This document shows, in pieces, positions 12,761 through 27,654 of a DNA stretch of 64,000 nucleotides. The position numbers and the translations under genes are program-made. The DNA comes from Vicugna vicugna (lineage: Eukaryota): the NCBI GenBank assembly GCA_013265495.1, contig MU057448.1, positions 88,181 to 152,180 on the forward strand, read 5' to 3'. Within the stretch, counting starts at the first letter, position 1. Each line of letters opens with the position of its first letter. The notes below the pieces were generated by a model. The model saw nothing but the letters and a program-made list of their open reading frames with translations. It searched no databases and was not told the origin of the DNA.

Positions 12761-13554
12761 ACTTAAAGAGGAGAGCAGCCTTATGGATGCTGTAGTCAAT
12801 GACATTTCAGGAAAAGGTGAGAAAAGGTGCTTTGGGAGGGAAAAAAGTGAGAGAGAGAGAGGGAGTGAGAGATGGAAGGAAGGGAGGGAGGGAGAGAGAA
12901 AAGAGTGAAAAAGAACTACAAGACAGAGAAAGAAGGAGGAAGAGATGCTGAGAGGCATGCAGGGCGCTTGGATACTCTCACTTCAAGCGAGGGAAGCAAA
13001 ACAACTCCTGAATTTCATTCCTCCTCCTGCCATGTTGCTTGGCACTGCAACCCTGCCACAACGATTAAGACCTTTGCTCCAGTTAACTGTTTGGGACCAG
13101 CCAGTTCCAGCTTGACATTCTGGTATCATTCTATGCCTATTTAGTAACTTCCCTGAAAAGACCAGGGATTTTCATTAATTTTCATCCTTTTCATTTTTCA
13201 TTTTCATTAAGATTCATCCCTGAAGCCTTTGTAGATCATTAATAAAGATACTGCATATAAAAGAGCCCACTATCAACTCGTGTCTTCCCAGCTATCAAGC
13301 ATCACCAAAATAAGACACCAGGCGTGTGAAGAGAAGCCACCTGGAGCCAATTTTCAACCTACTTTGTGGAACTGTCATCTAAGCCTATTTTAATTAATTT
13401 AATTTTATGAACAGACAGACATGCATGAGATGGTATTAAATGATTCATTAGAAATAAAGTTATATTCAATCACAAAAAATTGTAATAGGTTTTACAATTA
13501 TTGAAATTTTGCAGAATATTTTTTTTATTTATCATGTTGAAAGTAAATGAATTA

Positions 13555-15156
13555 AGGCCAAGTGGGTTTAGCCAGGCATGCATGATTGGTTTAACATTCC
13601 AAAATAAACCATTGTAATCCAATATATCAACAAGTCAAAGGGGGAGAATCATGTTTCTATCAATTGATGCAGAAAAAGCATTTGGCAAAATCCAATATCC
13701 ATTTATGATAAAAACTCTCAACAAATTAGGGAGGGGTAGGGGTAAAGAACTTGGTAAAAAACATGAGCAAAAAAAACCTTTCATATAACATCATACTTTA
13801 TGATAAAAGACAGGATGCTTTCCATCTAAGATCAGGAAGAAGGCATGGATGTCTGTTATTACTCACCATTACTTTTAGATACACAATCAGAAGCAAGATC
13901 CGTGATAGGAAAAAAGAAGTTGGACTTTATTAAAAATTAATTTTTTGGCTTTGCAAAAGATGCTACTTGGAAAGTGAAGTCAAGTTATACTCTAAGAGGA
14001 AGTATTACAAAACATTTATCTGATGAAGGACAAAACATACAAAGACTCTTTAAAACTCAACAGTGAGAGAGCAAACAACACAACTATGGAATGTGGAAAA
14101 GCTCTGACCAGACATTTTTCCAGTGAAGATACACAGATAGCAAATAAGCATAAGAAAAGATGTTCAATATCATATGCTATTAGATAAATGCAAATTACAA
14201 CACTGTGAGATACTACACATTATCTATTAAGATGGCTACATTCCAAATAGCAACTGCTGCTGAGTGTGTTGAACAGCAGGGACTCTCCTCCACTGCTGAT
14301 AGGAATGCGAACAGTACAGCCACATTGGAAGAAATGTCAGCAGTACCTGACAAAACTGAGTATAATCTTACTTCATGTTCTAACAATAGTGCTGTTGTGT
14401 ATTTACTAACTGATTTTAAAATAGCAAAATCTGCATGTGAATATTTATAGCAACTTAATTCATCACTGCCAAAACAAGAGACAGCCTTCAATAGGTCACT
14501 GGAAAAATAAACCATGTTATACTGATTAAAATGGAGTAATATTCAGCAATTAAAAAGTAATAACCCATGCAAAGACATGAATGAATTTTAAATGAATACT
14601 GATAACCAAAAAAGCAACTCTGAAGAGCCTACATACTTTTAAATTACAGTTATATGACATTTTGGAAAAGAGAAATCTACAGAGATAATAACATGTCAGT
14701 TGTTAATAGGAGTTTGAGGTTAAAGGTTAATAGGTAAAGCACAGGGGATTTTTAATTTTTCTGAGTGAAATTATCTTGAGTGATATTATAAAGGGGAATA
14801 TATGACATTATCCTTTTGTCAAAATACACAGAACTTATTTATCATTAAGAGTCAGCCTTAATATATGCAAATAAAAATCATTTCAGAGTCAAGAAATTCC
14901 ACAATAAAATCTAGATTTTGACATAATCTAATTATTGTATATGTATGAAATAACTGCATTGAAGAAAGGAGGGAAAGTTGACTAAAGTAAACTGGGAATG
15001 AGTGGATTCTGTAAGAAAGATTAAAGGCAAAATAAATTGCCTTACCACTTTAAATAAAATTAGCACCTGATTGTAGTTATCCATGGGTTAATAATGATAA
15101 ACTGCCATCTATATAAGTTATAAACATGTGTGTGTGTGTATCGATCTATCTATCTA

Positions 15157-15198
<42 letters not shown>

Positions 15199-16760
15199 GT
15201 CATTGACTGCTTTTAACTTTTTTAGTGTCTTTACAAGAAAATCTTAAAATATGTATATGGTCCACACTGGATAGCACCAATCTAAGCAGCCATATGTGTA
15301 AAGCAAATTCCAAATTTCTGAGGGTTCCACCAATCAGTAAGTATAACTATATAAGACCTATTGTGTTCAAACTTATTTCTGAAGATCCCAAATTTTAATA
15401 ATTCCTACCTAGGACTCACTGAACAGTTAAGTTAATGGATGTCAGATAATGGAAACAAGTTGGAGTGAGAGATTACAGATAAGCAAAGTGGGGAAGGCTA
15501 GAATGTTCCATGTAGTGATAGATTAAATTGGAGACATTAGTATAACCTAATGCTTATGTAATCTAGATGGCTGCATACAAAAGCATTTATAGATATGTTT
15601 AGATCCACAGGTTACTATGCTCATGTATAGTTCCTTTTGCTATCAGCTCAGAGTGCTTACATGCAAAGTCACTCCAGTAGCAACAAGCACACCTAGACTC
15701 AAAGTTTGGTTTCTAATGTCATTCTCCAATTTAAAAAAAAAATAAAGTTCTTTGACGAGCTGGCTGATTCTAGAACTGAGGCAGCAAATACATATGATTA
15801 GCCCAGAGCATTTCATAGTGCCAAAAAGGAAGTGCTTAAACACACACACAGACACATGCACACACACAAATGAAGGGACATACCCAAGAGCCAAATGAAA
15901 GAGCTCCAAAATGGCCAAAGCTGAAATAATTTGAACACAGAAATATAAAATAGTATTGAATTATATATAACACAAAGCTTAAAAATATCCACAGGTCTAT
16001 CCTGATATAAATAAATTATTGAACACATAAATCAACAGAGGAGAAGAGACAAATACCCCATGCAGAAGAATTCCAGTATCTATATAGATAATCCACCTGC
16101 ATGGAGGTGGTGTGTAACTCCCCACTTCTTAAATGTGGGCTATGCATAGTGCCTTCTTTTCAAGGAGTACATTATGGAAAGGGGAAGAAGTGTAACTTGA
16201 CCAGAAGAAAGCTGAAAAATACTACCTTAGCCAGGTGACCAAAGTTAACAACAACAGTGATAAATCATAAAGTCATGCTAAATTATGTGCCCTTAATATG
16301 ACAGGATGCAATTTTCACTTAACTCTGTGGTTTTTCCTCCCCTAAAATTGTAACCTCAGTTTGATCATGAGGGATACAAAAATCAGACAAATGCCAATAG
16401 AGAGGCGTCCTACAAAACAGCGTCCCAATAGTCCTTAACTCTCAAGGTAGTCTTTAAAAAAGAAAGGTCTGAGAAATCATTGCAGCCAAGAAAAGCCAAA
16501 GGATACATTACAGCTAAATGTAATATGGAATCCTGGACTAGACCCTGAAGCACAAAAAAAAAATTGGCTAAAAAAAAACCAAAACAGAAATCTGAATTTA
16601 GTTAATAATTAGGTATCAATATAGGTTCTTTATTTGTGACAAATGTTCCATATTAATACAAGGCATTGATATGAGAGGAAATGATGTGGGATATCTGGAA
16701 TCTCTCAAAATACATCTCTGATTTTTCTGTAAATCTAAACCTATTCTGAAAAAGTTTATG
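13555..16760 (+). mobile_element. Old fragmented L1 (L1M-type ORF2 pieces and 3'UTR)
   Basis: ORF2 motifs (caattgatgcagaaaaagcatttggcaaaatccaatatccatt; aaatgcaaattacaacactgtgagatac) with long diverged 3'UTR; boundaries approximate. Confidence 0.7.
15127..15198. repeat. Compound microsatellite (TG)n(TCTA)n(TC)n(TA)n
   Basis: Directly visible. Confidence 0.95.
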
Positions 16761-17527
16761 AAGAAAAGGAATCTTCATTTTCTTCATAAAATGAAGTTAT
16801 GAAGGAAAAAAGAAACTTCCACTTCCGCTTAATTAACCACACAATTTCTAAACCTTGTAAACATTACATCAATTAATAAATAATAAATTAATATAATCTT
16901 GTATTTTAATTAAAATTCACTTGGGGAATTAAAATGAAAATGCTGAAGTTTAGCTATGATTTACGTTCTTCATTACAGGTACTAAATCATTATAATAAAA
17001 ATGCAAAACTCTGCACTGTATTCTTAATACATTGAAATAATTTACTCCTTACTTTTCACTTATTTGGTTATAAAATCTCATAAACTTTGTGAAACACGGA
17101 GATTCCCGGTTCAAATATTCGTTTACAAGAGAGGTATTTAGAACTAGTGCGCTAACTACTCGTCCTGTAATTGCCTCTGGGGATGTCAGTATCATACTAA
17201 GAAGCATGTCAGGATCTCTGTAGGTATGTGAGTTACATAACAGTCCTTTTCTGACACTTCACAAACAAAATATTTAACCATATCACTTTTTTAATAAGTA
17301 TCACCTAGTATAAATAAATATCACAATAACATCTTAAAGCTCCTTAAAATTTCCAAATAACTGGCATTCACATGACCTCATTTTGATGTAATTTTAGCAC
17401 ACTGAGGTTCACAGGCTAACTTTTGTGATACTCATTTTGTAAATGAGAAAACCACCTCCTAGAAATTAAAGTCACAGGATTGGAAACACATATTTAATAA
17501 GTGACAGTATTTTGACTTAAACTCGTC

Positions 17528-20107
17528 TTCTTTTTTTTCCTTTCCTTTGGAAAAAGGTGTTTATTGGTATGGTGGTCTCAACACTCCCTGTGAATTGGAT
17601 CACATGGCCACCAGGGCCACCCGCACCCCCTCCCTTGCATTCCTCCTCCTCCCCTCCCTTTCCCCTGGACCCTGGGAATGGAATGTAGGATGGGGCCCAC
17701 GCCCCCGTCTGAGATACAGTCACTGCCCCTTGTCCCCCTGCCCCTGCTCTACCCTCTCTCCCCATCCCAAGCTCTAGGTGGTGTAGTTCAGGGTGGGTGT
17801 TTATAGAGGACCTCCTGGGAGTTGGAGCTCGTAACTCGGCATCTTGGTCTGGGCTCGGGATGTCTGTGTGATGCCTCTCTCCCCCACTTTGTGTGATGCA
17901 GTGTGCCAGGGTGGGGTATTCCTACAATTGGAGCTGACGTTATAGTCTCAGACCCCCTTCCTGACAACAGTTACCCATCCTTGGTGGGAACTACAGCTGG
18001 TCACTGACTACAGGACAGCTGGAGCCAGGGGGCTATTGCTGGTCACAGTTACTGGTTTTGTGTGTGCGTGTGAGAGTGTGTGAGGGCGGTCAGGTCAGCC
18101 TTCAGGAGGCTGGGTTGGCGGAGAGGCCAGGGAGCGGGAGACCAGTAAGCCCACACCTGTGTGTTGGCTGCATGAGCACTGAAGGCAGCTGGTTGCCACT
18201 GCAAGCGGCCGAGGGGAGTGGGGGTGAGGAAGGGCAAAGCACTGAGACACACAGGTAAACAACAGGCACCAGCCTGACAGTTGGATGGAAGTATCAATTG
18301 GCCCAGAAGGGGGCCAGAAAGTCCAGGGTGGACAGAGACGGGGAAAGTGGGACGGTCTCAGGCCGCTGAGCTGGTAATGGGGCCTCTGGCTACAGGCAGC
18401 TGGCGGTTGACAGCAGGGAGGCCCAGAGCCAAGATGGAGATCCTGAAACCCCCACTCAAAAAGGCTGAATAGCAGCTTGACAAAGTGATGCCCCTCCCTC
18501 CTCCCAACCTGTCCAGGAGATAGCCTTTCAACACGGAGGGGAGGGAGCGGTGTACGTGCATATGTTGGGAAAGCAGGGAGCCTGGAAAACCTCTCCTCAC
18601 GGCTTCTACCATGAAGCCCCCATACCTATTTCCAGCCAGAGTGGGAGACAGCAGGGTCGGGGAGAGTGGACGTAGGGGTGTCAGGGAGGGAAGAGTGCTG
18701 AGCCCCCTCACAGGCACAATCCAGTTGACAGCCTGAGCTAAGAGAGGGCTGTGGGGTGGCCAGGGGCGAGTCACAATCGGAAAGGTGAACGGTGGCGAGA
18801 ATGGCTGTAGAAGGATGAAATACTTTGTGTTATCCCTCACAGTGATGGGTTCACTGAAGATCTTTCCTTCTCCCCCTTGTCTTCCTTTTTCTGTCTTCTT
18901 CCTCGGCGGCCGAGACCTCTTCTGTTTCCTCCAGACCCACAGCGCTTACTCCCACTTTTCTTCTCGCCGCTGGGGGTGGGGGTGGTGGTGGGGCGAGCTG
19001 CACCGGTTCTTCCTACATCCTCCACCACAGCCAGCCCAGGGCGGAGAGGAGGATCAGGGGCCCTGGGGACCTTGGGGCTGAGTTCTCCAGGGATTCTGAG
19101 CGCAGGAGCCGCATGGAGGCGCCGGACATTCCACTACACGTGGCTGCGCGACACGTGTAGTTGCCATAATGCCGGACGCTCAGTTGGCAAAGAGAAGCAT
19201 CAAGCGGGTGAGCTCCGTCTGCACCTTCAGGCCCTCGGCCGTGCCACTGCGGAGCAGTCTGCCTTCCTCGTAACACTGGAAATCCGCTGGCGGCACCTCC
19301 ATGACTTCGCAGTGCAGGAGGGCGGCCCGGCCTAGGGCCGTTCGGGCGCTGGTCACGGACGTGATGGTCGGAGGATAGTTGACTGTGACCAGCACGCGGT
19401 GGCTGTTGGGTGCAGAGTTAACCCCATTGTGAGACACCCACTCGTATTCTCCAGCTTGGCCCCGCTGGATGTCGGAAATCTCAAAAATCTCCCCCTTCAG
19501 AAGTGAAGCCGTCTCGGAGCTGCCCCAGGTGACTGTGGGCTCTGGCCGCCCCTCAGCCAGGCAGAGCAGGTTCACGTTGCTCCCCTCATCCGCCATCACA
19601 GGAGAAGAGAGATTCATCACGCGGGCGGGGACGTGGAGGATAGGGTAGACCTGAGTGGTGTGCAGCTGGGGGCGGGCCTGGAAGGAGCGGGTGTAGAGGC
19701 CCTCACCGCCCAGCTCCACCTGGGTGATGAGGATGGAGAACTCCTCCGGCGTGCTGGTGAGCAGCCGCACCCGTGGGTCGCTGGCCTAGCGATCAATGCC
19801 CACGTACAGGATGTCGGGCCAGTTCAGCCAGGCCACTCGGGTCACATGCTCATCGATGAAGCAGCTGAGGGTGGTGGGGTCACCTTCGCACACCGTGTAG
19901 TTTTCTGCTGGGGAACTGAACTCCAGGCTCTAGGAGACCAGCCCTCAGTTGATGACGGCCAGCCTGGCCAGGGATGTGGGGTGAGAAGCCTGAGCCTGGC
20001 CCCGGGCACAGAGAGGGGCATCGTGGCAGAGGCGGCGTGAAGGGGGAGGGGAAAAGGGGGGCCGGGCCGGCCCAGGAGGCCCGGGGGAGAGGGGGGAGGA
20101 CGGCCCC
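17528..20107 (-). pseudogene. IGLON5: Processed pseudogene of IgLON family member 5 (5'UTR + CDS 20021-19013 + long 3'UTR + decayed poly(A))
   Basis: Intronless. Translation gives MPLSVPGARLRLL, TPEEFSILIT, VNLLCLAEGRPEPTVTW, VNYPPTIT, HYGNYTCRAA and LLSALGWLWWRM*. Several stops and frameshifts. AATAAA on the minus strand at 17560-17565, followed by an A-rich tail. Confidence 0.95.
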
Positions 20108-21149
20108 AACTTCTAATTCAAAGTTAAAGTTATGTAATCTTTCCTGTGTTCTAATTTATATAAATATATTTTTGATATCTTATGAAACTTGGGTAATCAC
20201 TATCAACACGGCAGTACAGGTGAACCCTCATGTAACTCAGCAATGTGAGACTTTCATGAAAACAAATGAAACAGGACAGGTTTTACCAGGAACATTATCA
20301 TTTTCAATTGCATTTTAGAAAATTTAGTAAGTTGGCATTTTGATTTTTGCATGTATAATTATGATAATTCCCTGTTTATCTTCATTCTATTTTTTTTCTA
20401 TATGAGCAGTGCTAAATTTTATTCTTGTACCATCTTAATGAGGAATTCCAATTCACTTTATACTATATTAAATATAAGCTTCTTATAACACCTTCATACT
20501 TATAAGTGTAGACTTTATTGACAAAGTGGTGCCAGGATTCAACCTTCATTTTCCCATTCATCTCACAGCTTCATTGATAACATCTTTTTTTCCCAGATTT
20601 CCACATCTTATCTACCCTGCTATAGTCAATAATCACCCAGATATAGCAAGTCCTTTTGTTTTCTGTTCCAAATTGTGTTTCTTGCTAATTCTGAAGAACA
20701 ATCATGGAATTTCCTTCCTGGAAGTTGGAGGGTAGTGGGGGTGGAGGAGAAATCTTTCTCTGCCACTACTGAAAAGAAATGTTGATGCCTAACATTAATC
20801 TAAACAGGGATTTGGGGAATTACATGTCCTATATTCCTAAAAGCCTTTAAGATGATTGCAGGATGGCCACTGAGTCTTCCATGAAAGAACACGACAGTGT
20901 CTTTTTATCTGAAGAAAAATTATTCTACTTGTTAAGGAATTTTGATCTTCAGAAAAATTTCAGCATTATTGTGCCAATGTCTTTGTGATTCTTTTCTGGG
21001 ACTGGCCTAGGTTATAAAAGACAATTTAGGTGTGGAATTTGGCTTAGAGACAGAAGTGATAGCTAGTATATTCCATTACCTAAATGCTGCTCTTCTGTTA
21101 AACTTAGCCCAAATAGGTCAAATGCTCAATAAGGAGGGTTCACCTCTTG

Positions 21150-21865
21150 GTCACAGCCATGGGAATGTGTTTTGGTGCATCTATTATGGAATAAACTATG
21201 GAGATTCCTCAAAAAACTCAAAGGAGACTTACCATATGATCTAGCAATCCACTGGACATATACTCAGAGGGGACTATTAATTCAAAAAAGATAATGTGCA
21301 CCCCAGTGTTCATAGCAGCTCTATTTGCAATAGCCAAAGTATGGAATCAACCTAAATGTCCATGGACAGAGGACTAGATAAAGAAGCTGTGGTATATTTA
21401 TACAATGGAATACTACTCAGTCATAAAGAAGAATAAAGTAATGTCATTTGCAGGAACACAGATGGACCTGGAGATTGTCACTCTAAGTGAAGTAAGCCAG
21501 AAAGAGAAAGAAAAATACCATATGATATCACTCATATGTAGAATCTTTAAAAAAAAAATGAACTTATTTATAAAACAGAAACATAGACACAGACATAGAA
21601 AACTAACTTATGGTTACCAGCAGGGGAAGTGGGTGGGAAGGGATAAATTGGGAGTTCAAGATTTCCAAATACTAACTACTATATGTAAAGTAGGTAAACA
21701 ATAAGTTTCTACCGTATAGCACAGGGAACTATATTCAATATCTTGTAGTAACTTATAATTAAAATGAATATGAAAATGAATATATGTATGTATATGTATG
21801 ACTGAAACATTATGCTGTACATCAGAAGTTGACACATTATAAACTATACTACAATAAAAAAAAAG
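21150..21865 (+). mobile_element. L1 3' fragment (ORF2 end + 3'UTR)
   Basis: MEYYSVIKKNKVMSFAGTQMDLEIVTLSEVSQKEKEKYHMISLIC is the L1 ORF2 C-terminus; A tail. Confidence 0.9.
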
Positions 21866-24815
21866 ACACGCATAAAATCTTTCTTTAGTTCTTTTAAACT
21901 TGTATTTCCTTGGTAATATATTAAACTGGTCTATGAGAGATCTGGACTTCTACAGCATTTGGAATGCATCCTTACACATGTAGATGCTCCATTATTTAAA
22001 TTGTTTTAAGACTTGCAATGAAGGACATAGGTAAACCTAGCAGTCATTCTAAGGCAATTTTTCAGAACTTAAAATACTCATTTTGAAAATAATGATGAGG
22101 TGGGAGAATCCACAAGGATATTAAATACAAGCTAATTTGGGTTTTTAAAATGTATTATTTTTATAATTAAATGGATAATTCTCACATGCATAATTATAAA
22201 TTGGTTGTACTGATATCCTTTCTAGTTAGTTAGAGCAAAGACTAAAATGACCTCTAACTGAGTTTTTATTATTCAAAAACACAAGAATTACTTTCTATTT
22301 GTACATGATTTATATTTAGAGAGATTTGTATTCATAAATGCTTTACATTGAGAACAGTATATTTAGACAGCTCCTCCAACTCTGTGCATTAAAATAGTGT
22401 GTTTCTTATTAATCTATGTGATTAATAAGGTCCTGAAAAAAAGGTAGCCTGAGCTTCTACAAAGGTAAATAAGACCTAGTATGTATGAATCTAGTATTTT
22501 ACTCATATTGACATTAGTCTTTTTTTATACAGAAAAATAAATCCCACAATTCATTGTTTTTAAATCAATCCTTCTGTAAATTAGAATTGTCGTATGTGAC
22601 ACAATCTAACTCCTACAATTCCCCTAACAATGAGAGGCGTTTCTAGATAATTTAATTGAAATCATCATTTTTATTATTTAACAACAGCAATGTGATGTTA
22701 GATTTATTTTATTTTATGTGTTAGATTTATTTTACTACGTTATTTTAATGTAGGTAATACTTTATGGATCCCCTGTAAGATAGAAAATTTAATAACTAAG
22801 CCAGATGACCAAAAACCAGTGTTAAGATGTCTTATATGTCAGGGTTGTATTATTGACTTTATTTCAGTAGGACTACAGAATTAAAAGTAACTGAGCTATG
22901 TGGGATTTATGCTTCTACAGGGAACAATGGACAAACTCATAGCACGTCAGTCTTAAAAGTCATTAAATAATTCATTACTAAAGGGAATACCGATGAGAAG
23001 GCGGAGAAGAAAAAACCATTGCAAATTGAAATATGAGAGTCTGTATATTAAAAAGGAGAAAGGCAAAGGAAATACAAATCAACACTGAGGAATGACCTTA
23101 ACCTGGAGTTTAAATTCAACCTAAAAAATCAAATAGAATATGATATAATCCATGGAAGTTCTGGGAGACAGAGAAAGTGAGGGTGGTTCAAGTTGGGGCA
23201 GGTGGCATGGGGTTGCTACAGGCAAGAAATATTATTTCAGCCTCAGGCATTTTGAACTGACAGCTGGGTAAGGAGAGAAAATCTAAGGTCATTTAGGTAT
23301 ATTATTAAAGTTTTGAGAAGGAACTGGTACAAGTTTCTGATAACTTGGGTATCAAGAAATGCTGACTGGCTAATATTTGTGATGAAAAGGTAATCAGTAT
23401 TGTAAAACACAGATTATAGAGTTTGAGTGATAAACGTAAACAGTAAATATATTGAATAAGCACTTTTAAATTATATAAATTAATTAAATAACTATAGATC
23501 TAGTCAAGAAAATGTTATATAATAATTATTATTATATCTAGTTTCAAAATAATCTGGTAATCTTTTTAAAGGAAGTTGTTGATAAACTACTATGTGGTCA
23601 TTTTTTCAGCCTATTTATTTAATTGTGTAGCATAAATTTGATTTAGCACTCCCTCCCAAACTTCTGTAGAATTTTCACAATAATTTCTACATAGGCAATA
23701 CTAAACAAGTAACTTAGTAACAAATTTTTAAATACTAACGTGAAATCTGAAGTGAAGTCTATGTAAGAACAGTCTTTTTTGAAAGCCATGGCTATCTGTA
23801 AAATGCTAACATTTCTATAATAACATAAATATAAGAAACTGAACAAAACTCTAACACCTTCCCTCATTGTATAGAGTATGTTACATAGTACATCTTACAA
23901 TTTAAAACTTACTACCACGTAACTTATTATTTAGATACTATTTCATTTGTTTATCACCACACTAAACCCACTAGAATATAAACTACATTACTTATACAGG
24001 ATCCTGAGGCTTGGAATAGTACTTTTTACATAGTAAGCACTTAAAAATAAATACATCTAAGACAAGTTGCCATGACTTTTCCTGATTAACATAAAAGACA
24101 TTTGAAGAGAATTTTGATGTCACACTACTCTTTCTATATTTAGCCAATGAATGGGGAAAAAAGCAGGATCTGAATATAGTTGAATCATAAAAAAGATAAA
24201 TCATCAAATTAGACAAGATCAGAATCTTACATTATTTGGAAGTTGTTCCTTAGAGATTTTGATGATAGAATGCCTAAAGGGTAGAAAATGTATAGTCCCA
24301 AAGATCCACTGGCTTCATATAAGAAGTAGCAAGAACAATCATTTAAAAATAAGGAATAAAAAGATAAGAACAGGAAGTTTTTAGTCTTGATGTAAATCAG
24401 GATTTTCACATGAATGCAAAATTAACTGGAGTTAGAGAAAAAATATTGCTTGCAACTACTTACCAGGTGTAAGTAGAACATACTTGCTGTATTATTTATA
24501 TTTTTCTGTATATGATTTATAGCCATTGTTTGAATGAACTAGATGATTGGGGCATTACAGTAAAATCTTTTTTTATTTCATCTTTTTAAAGAGAAATGTG
24601 AAAAAACAAAACTTGCCTTGATGCATTTTTAAAATTCAGACCAACCAAAATTGCTGATTCTTAAAAGCATTCCTACCAACTATCCAAATTGTGGTAACAG
24701 TGTCTACACCACTATAAGTGTAGAACTGCCAATATTAACCCTATGCTAACAGGACCTGGTAATTACTCAAGGCTTACCATTTACTTCTACGTGTTAAGCA
24801 CTTTTCAAAGTGCCA

Positions 24816-24862
24816 TATAGATAGATAGATAGACAGACAGATAGACAGACAGACAGACAGAC
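24816..24862. repeat. (ATAG)n(ACAG)n tetranucleotide repeat
   Basis: Directly visible. Confidence 0.95.
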
Positions 24863-25407
24863 AAATAGAGATATATATAATATACACATATACATATAAT
24901 CCTTGGAGGAATGCCATGAGAAAATATTAATATCCATATTTTAAGATAAGGAATTCAAGGCAGAAAAATAGTGAATTGCCCAAAGGCACACAGTTAGAAT
25001 CAAATGGGAATATAGGAAGCTTTCACTTGAAATTCTGGTCTTAACCATCATGCTTTTTATCACCTCCTATTAACTTACCATGAGCACAAAGCACAATATT
25101 TGTTTCAATCTTCTCTTGGATTTTAAACTATACCAAAAATATTATGAGAAACAAAATTATCAAGATTTAAAATGAAACTATCTCAAATATTATTAAAACA
25201 TTTCCATACTGTCACTTGAGGAAAACACTCCAACATTTTAAACTGCAGATTTCTAGTCAAGATGATATGAGTTTACATGTGAAATTCCAACTCTGTCAAA
25301 ATGATGACAGAATATGTGTACACACACATATATGTGCACACACATAAAAATAATAGAAAATATAGCAAGATTTTTGAAACTGTATATAAAGAATAATGAC
25401 TCCAGCT

Positions 25408-25430
25408 TGTGTGTGTGTGTGTGTGTGTGT
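25408..25430. repeat. (TG)n microsatellite
   Basis: Directly visible. Confidence 0.95.
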
Positions 25431-26158
25431 AGAGATAGAAATTTGTATCTATGTCTATGTATATATACACACATAATTATTTTAAAAATACCCTCAAAAC
25501 TGGGATTTACTTTAGGCAGGCCACAGATATGTAAGTTATAAAAGAGATACACAGATAAAGAAGTTCAGCTAAGGAGGTCCAGCCCCATCCACTGGGAAAC
25601 TAGCAATAGTGAAGAGCAAGAATTATAGAAAAGTAGTATCTGAACAATCTCAGCTGAACTTTTTTTTTCAAAATTGATGAGAAACAGATGGTTTCTTCAT
25701 CTGTCATCTTCATACACTACTGTCATGGCCACTCCATTTGTCTTCTTCAGATGGAGAGCACATCAATTACCAAGCAAAAGGAACACATTTCTTTAATGCA
25801 CAGGTATATCATAGTGAAATGATAAACTATCCAGAATAAAGAGAAAAATCTTAAAAGTTGGGAGAAAAAATATTAAACAGCAACCAAATGAGACTAGAAG
25901 AAGACTTTTAATCAGTAAAAAATAAGATTCAACCAATAAAATCCACCTAAATATAGATATTTAAAATTTAACATAAGATTTTACCACCCACATACTCTGT
26001 CATAGTTGGTTCCAAGAATAAAAATTAAGTCTAGAAAGAGTAAAAATGAAATATTTCAAATTTATATGTAATGATTTATATTTTTAATTAAAATTATAAA
26101 GCAAATGCAACAAAAATAACAGGATTCATTAATTTCAAGAGATAAAAAAACAATTGGA

Positions 26159-27654
26159 TGTTGGCTATCTATATTTCCTATTTGGAAAAATGAGTATTCA
26201 GTTCTTCTGCCCATTTTTTAATCAGGCTGTTTGTTTTTTAGATGTTGAGTTGTATGAGGTGTTTATATATGTTGGACACTAATCTCTTATCAGTCATATC
26301 ATTTGCAAATATTTTTCTCCCATTCAGTAGGCTATCTTTTCATTTTACCAATGGTTTCCTTTGCTGTGAAAAAGCTTTCAAGTTCCTTCCATTGGTTCCC
26401 ATTGACTTATTTTTGCCTTTATTTCCTTTACTTTAGGAGACAAATCCAAAAAAATTCTGCTGCAATTCATGTTAGAGTGTTCTGCCTGTATTTTCCCATA
26501 GGAGTTTCATAGTATCAGTCCTACATAATAGGTCTTTAATCCATTTGAGTTTATTTTTGTACATGGCTTTAGAGAATGATTTCCCAGCACCTCTTATTGA
26601 AGAGAATGCCTTTTCTCCAGTGTATATTCCTACCTCCTTTGTAGCAGATATACTGACGGTAAGTACATGTGTTTATTTTTGGGCTTTCTATCCTGTTTCA
26701 TTGATCTATGTGTCTACCATGTTGTTTGATTACTGTGTAGCTTTGTAGAGTAGTCTAAAATTAGGAAGCCTGATTCCTCCAGCTCTGTTCTTTCTCAAGA
26801 TTATTTTGGCTATTTAGGCACATGAAAAGATGCTCAATATCACTAATAATCAGGGAAATGCAAATGAAAACTACAATGAGACAACACTACACACCTATCA
26901 GAATGGCTATCATTAAACAGAACACAAATAACAAATGTTGGTGAGGCTGCAGAAAAAAGGGAACCCTCATACACTGCTGGCAGGAATGTAAATTGGTGTA
27001 GCCACTATGGAAAACAGTATGGAGGCTCCTCAAAAAGCTAAAAATACAACTACCATATGACCGAACAATTCCACTTCTGGGTATATATCCAAAAAAACCC
27101 ACAAAACACTAATTAGAAAAGATACATGAATCTCAATGTTCACAGCAATGCTATTTACAACTGTTAAGAAATGGATAAAGGAGGTATGGTACATATACAA
27201 ACACAAACACACACACACAGACACACAATGGAATACTACCTAGCCATAAAAAAGAACAAAATTTTGCCATTTGCAGCAACATAGATGGATTTACAGGGCA
27301 TTACATTAAGTGAAATAAGTCAGACAGAGAATGACAAATATTGTATGATATCACTTTTATGTTGAATCTAAAAAATACAACAAAGTAATAAATATAAAAA
27401 AAACAGAATTACAGATATAGAGAACAAAGTAGTAGTTACCAGTGGAGAAGTAGGAGGGGCAATACAGGGTTGGGGAAGTGAGAGGAATTAGGTACCATGT
27501 GCTATACAGCTACAAGGATGTATTGTACTACACAGGAATACGGCCAGTATTTTGTTAAAAACTGTAAATGGAGTGTAACCTTTAAAAATTGTATAAAAAT
27601 TACATGAACAAAAATAAATAAATAATAAATGATTTTAAAAACACACAAAAGTTG
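26159..27654 (+). mobile_element. 5'-inverted (twin-primed) L1: inverted ORF2 piece 26159-26815, forward 3' part 26816-27654
   Basis: The inverted piece ends at ...gatagccaaca and the forward piece resumes aggcacatgaaaagatgctc (adjacent in L1 ORF2); TSD aattggatgtt at 26152-26162 and 27655-27665. Confidence 0.88.

Noticed and set aside
17505..17530. Target-site duplication for the IGLON5 retrocopy
   Set aside because: Only a weak aact match with the 20108-20120 flank; not convincing
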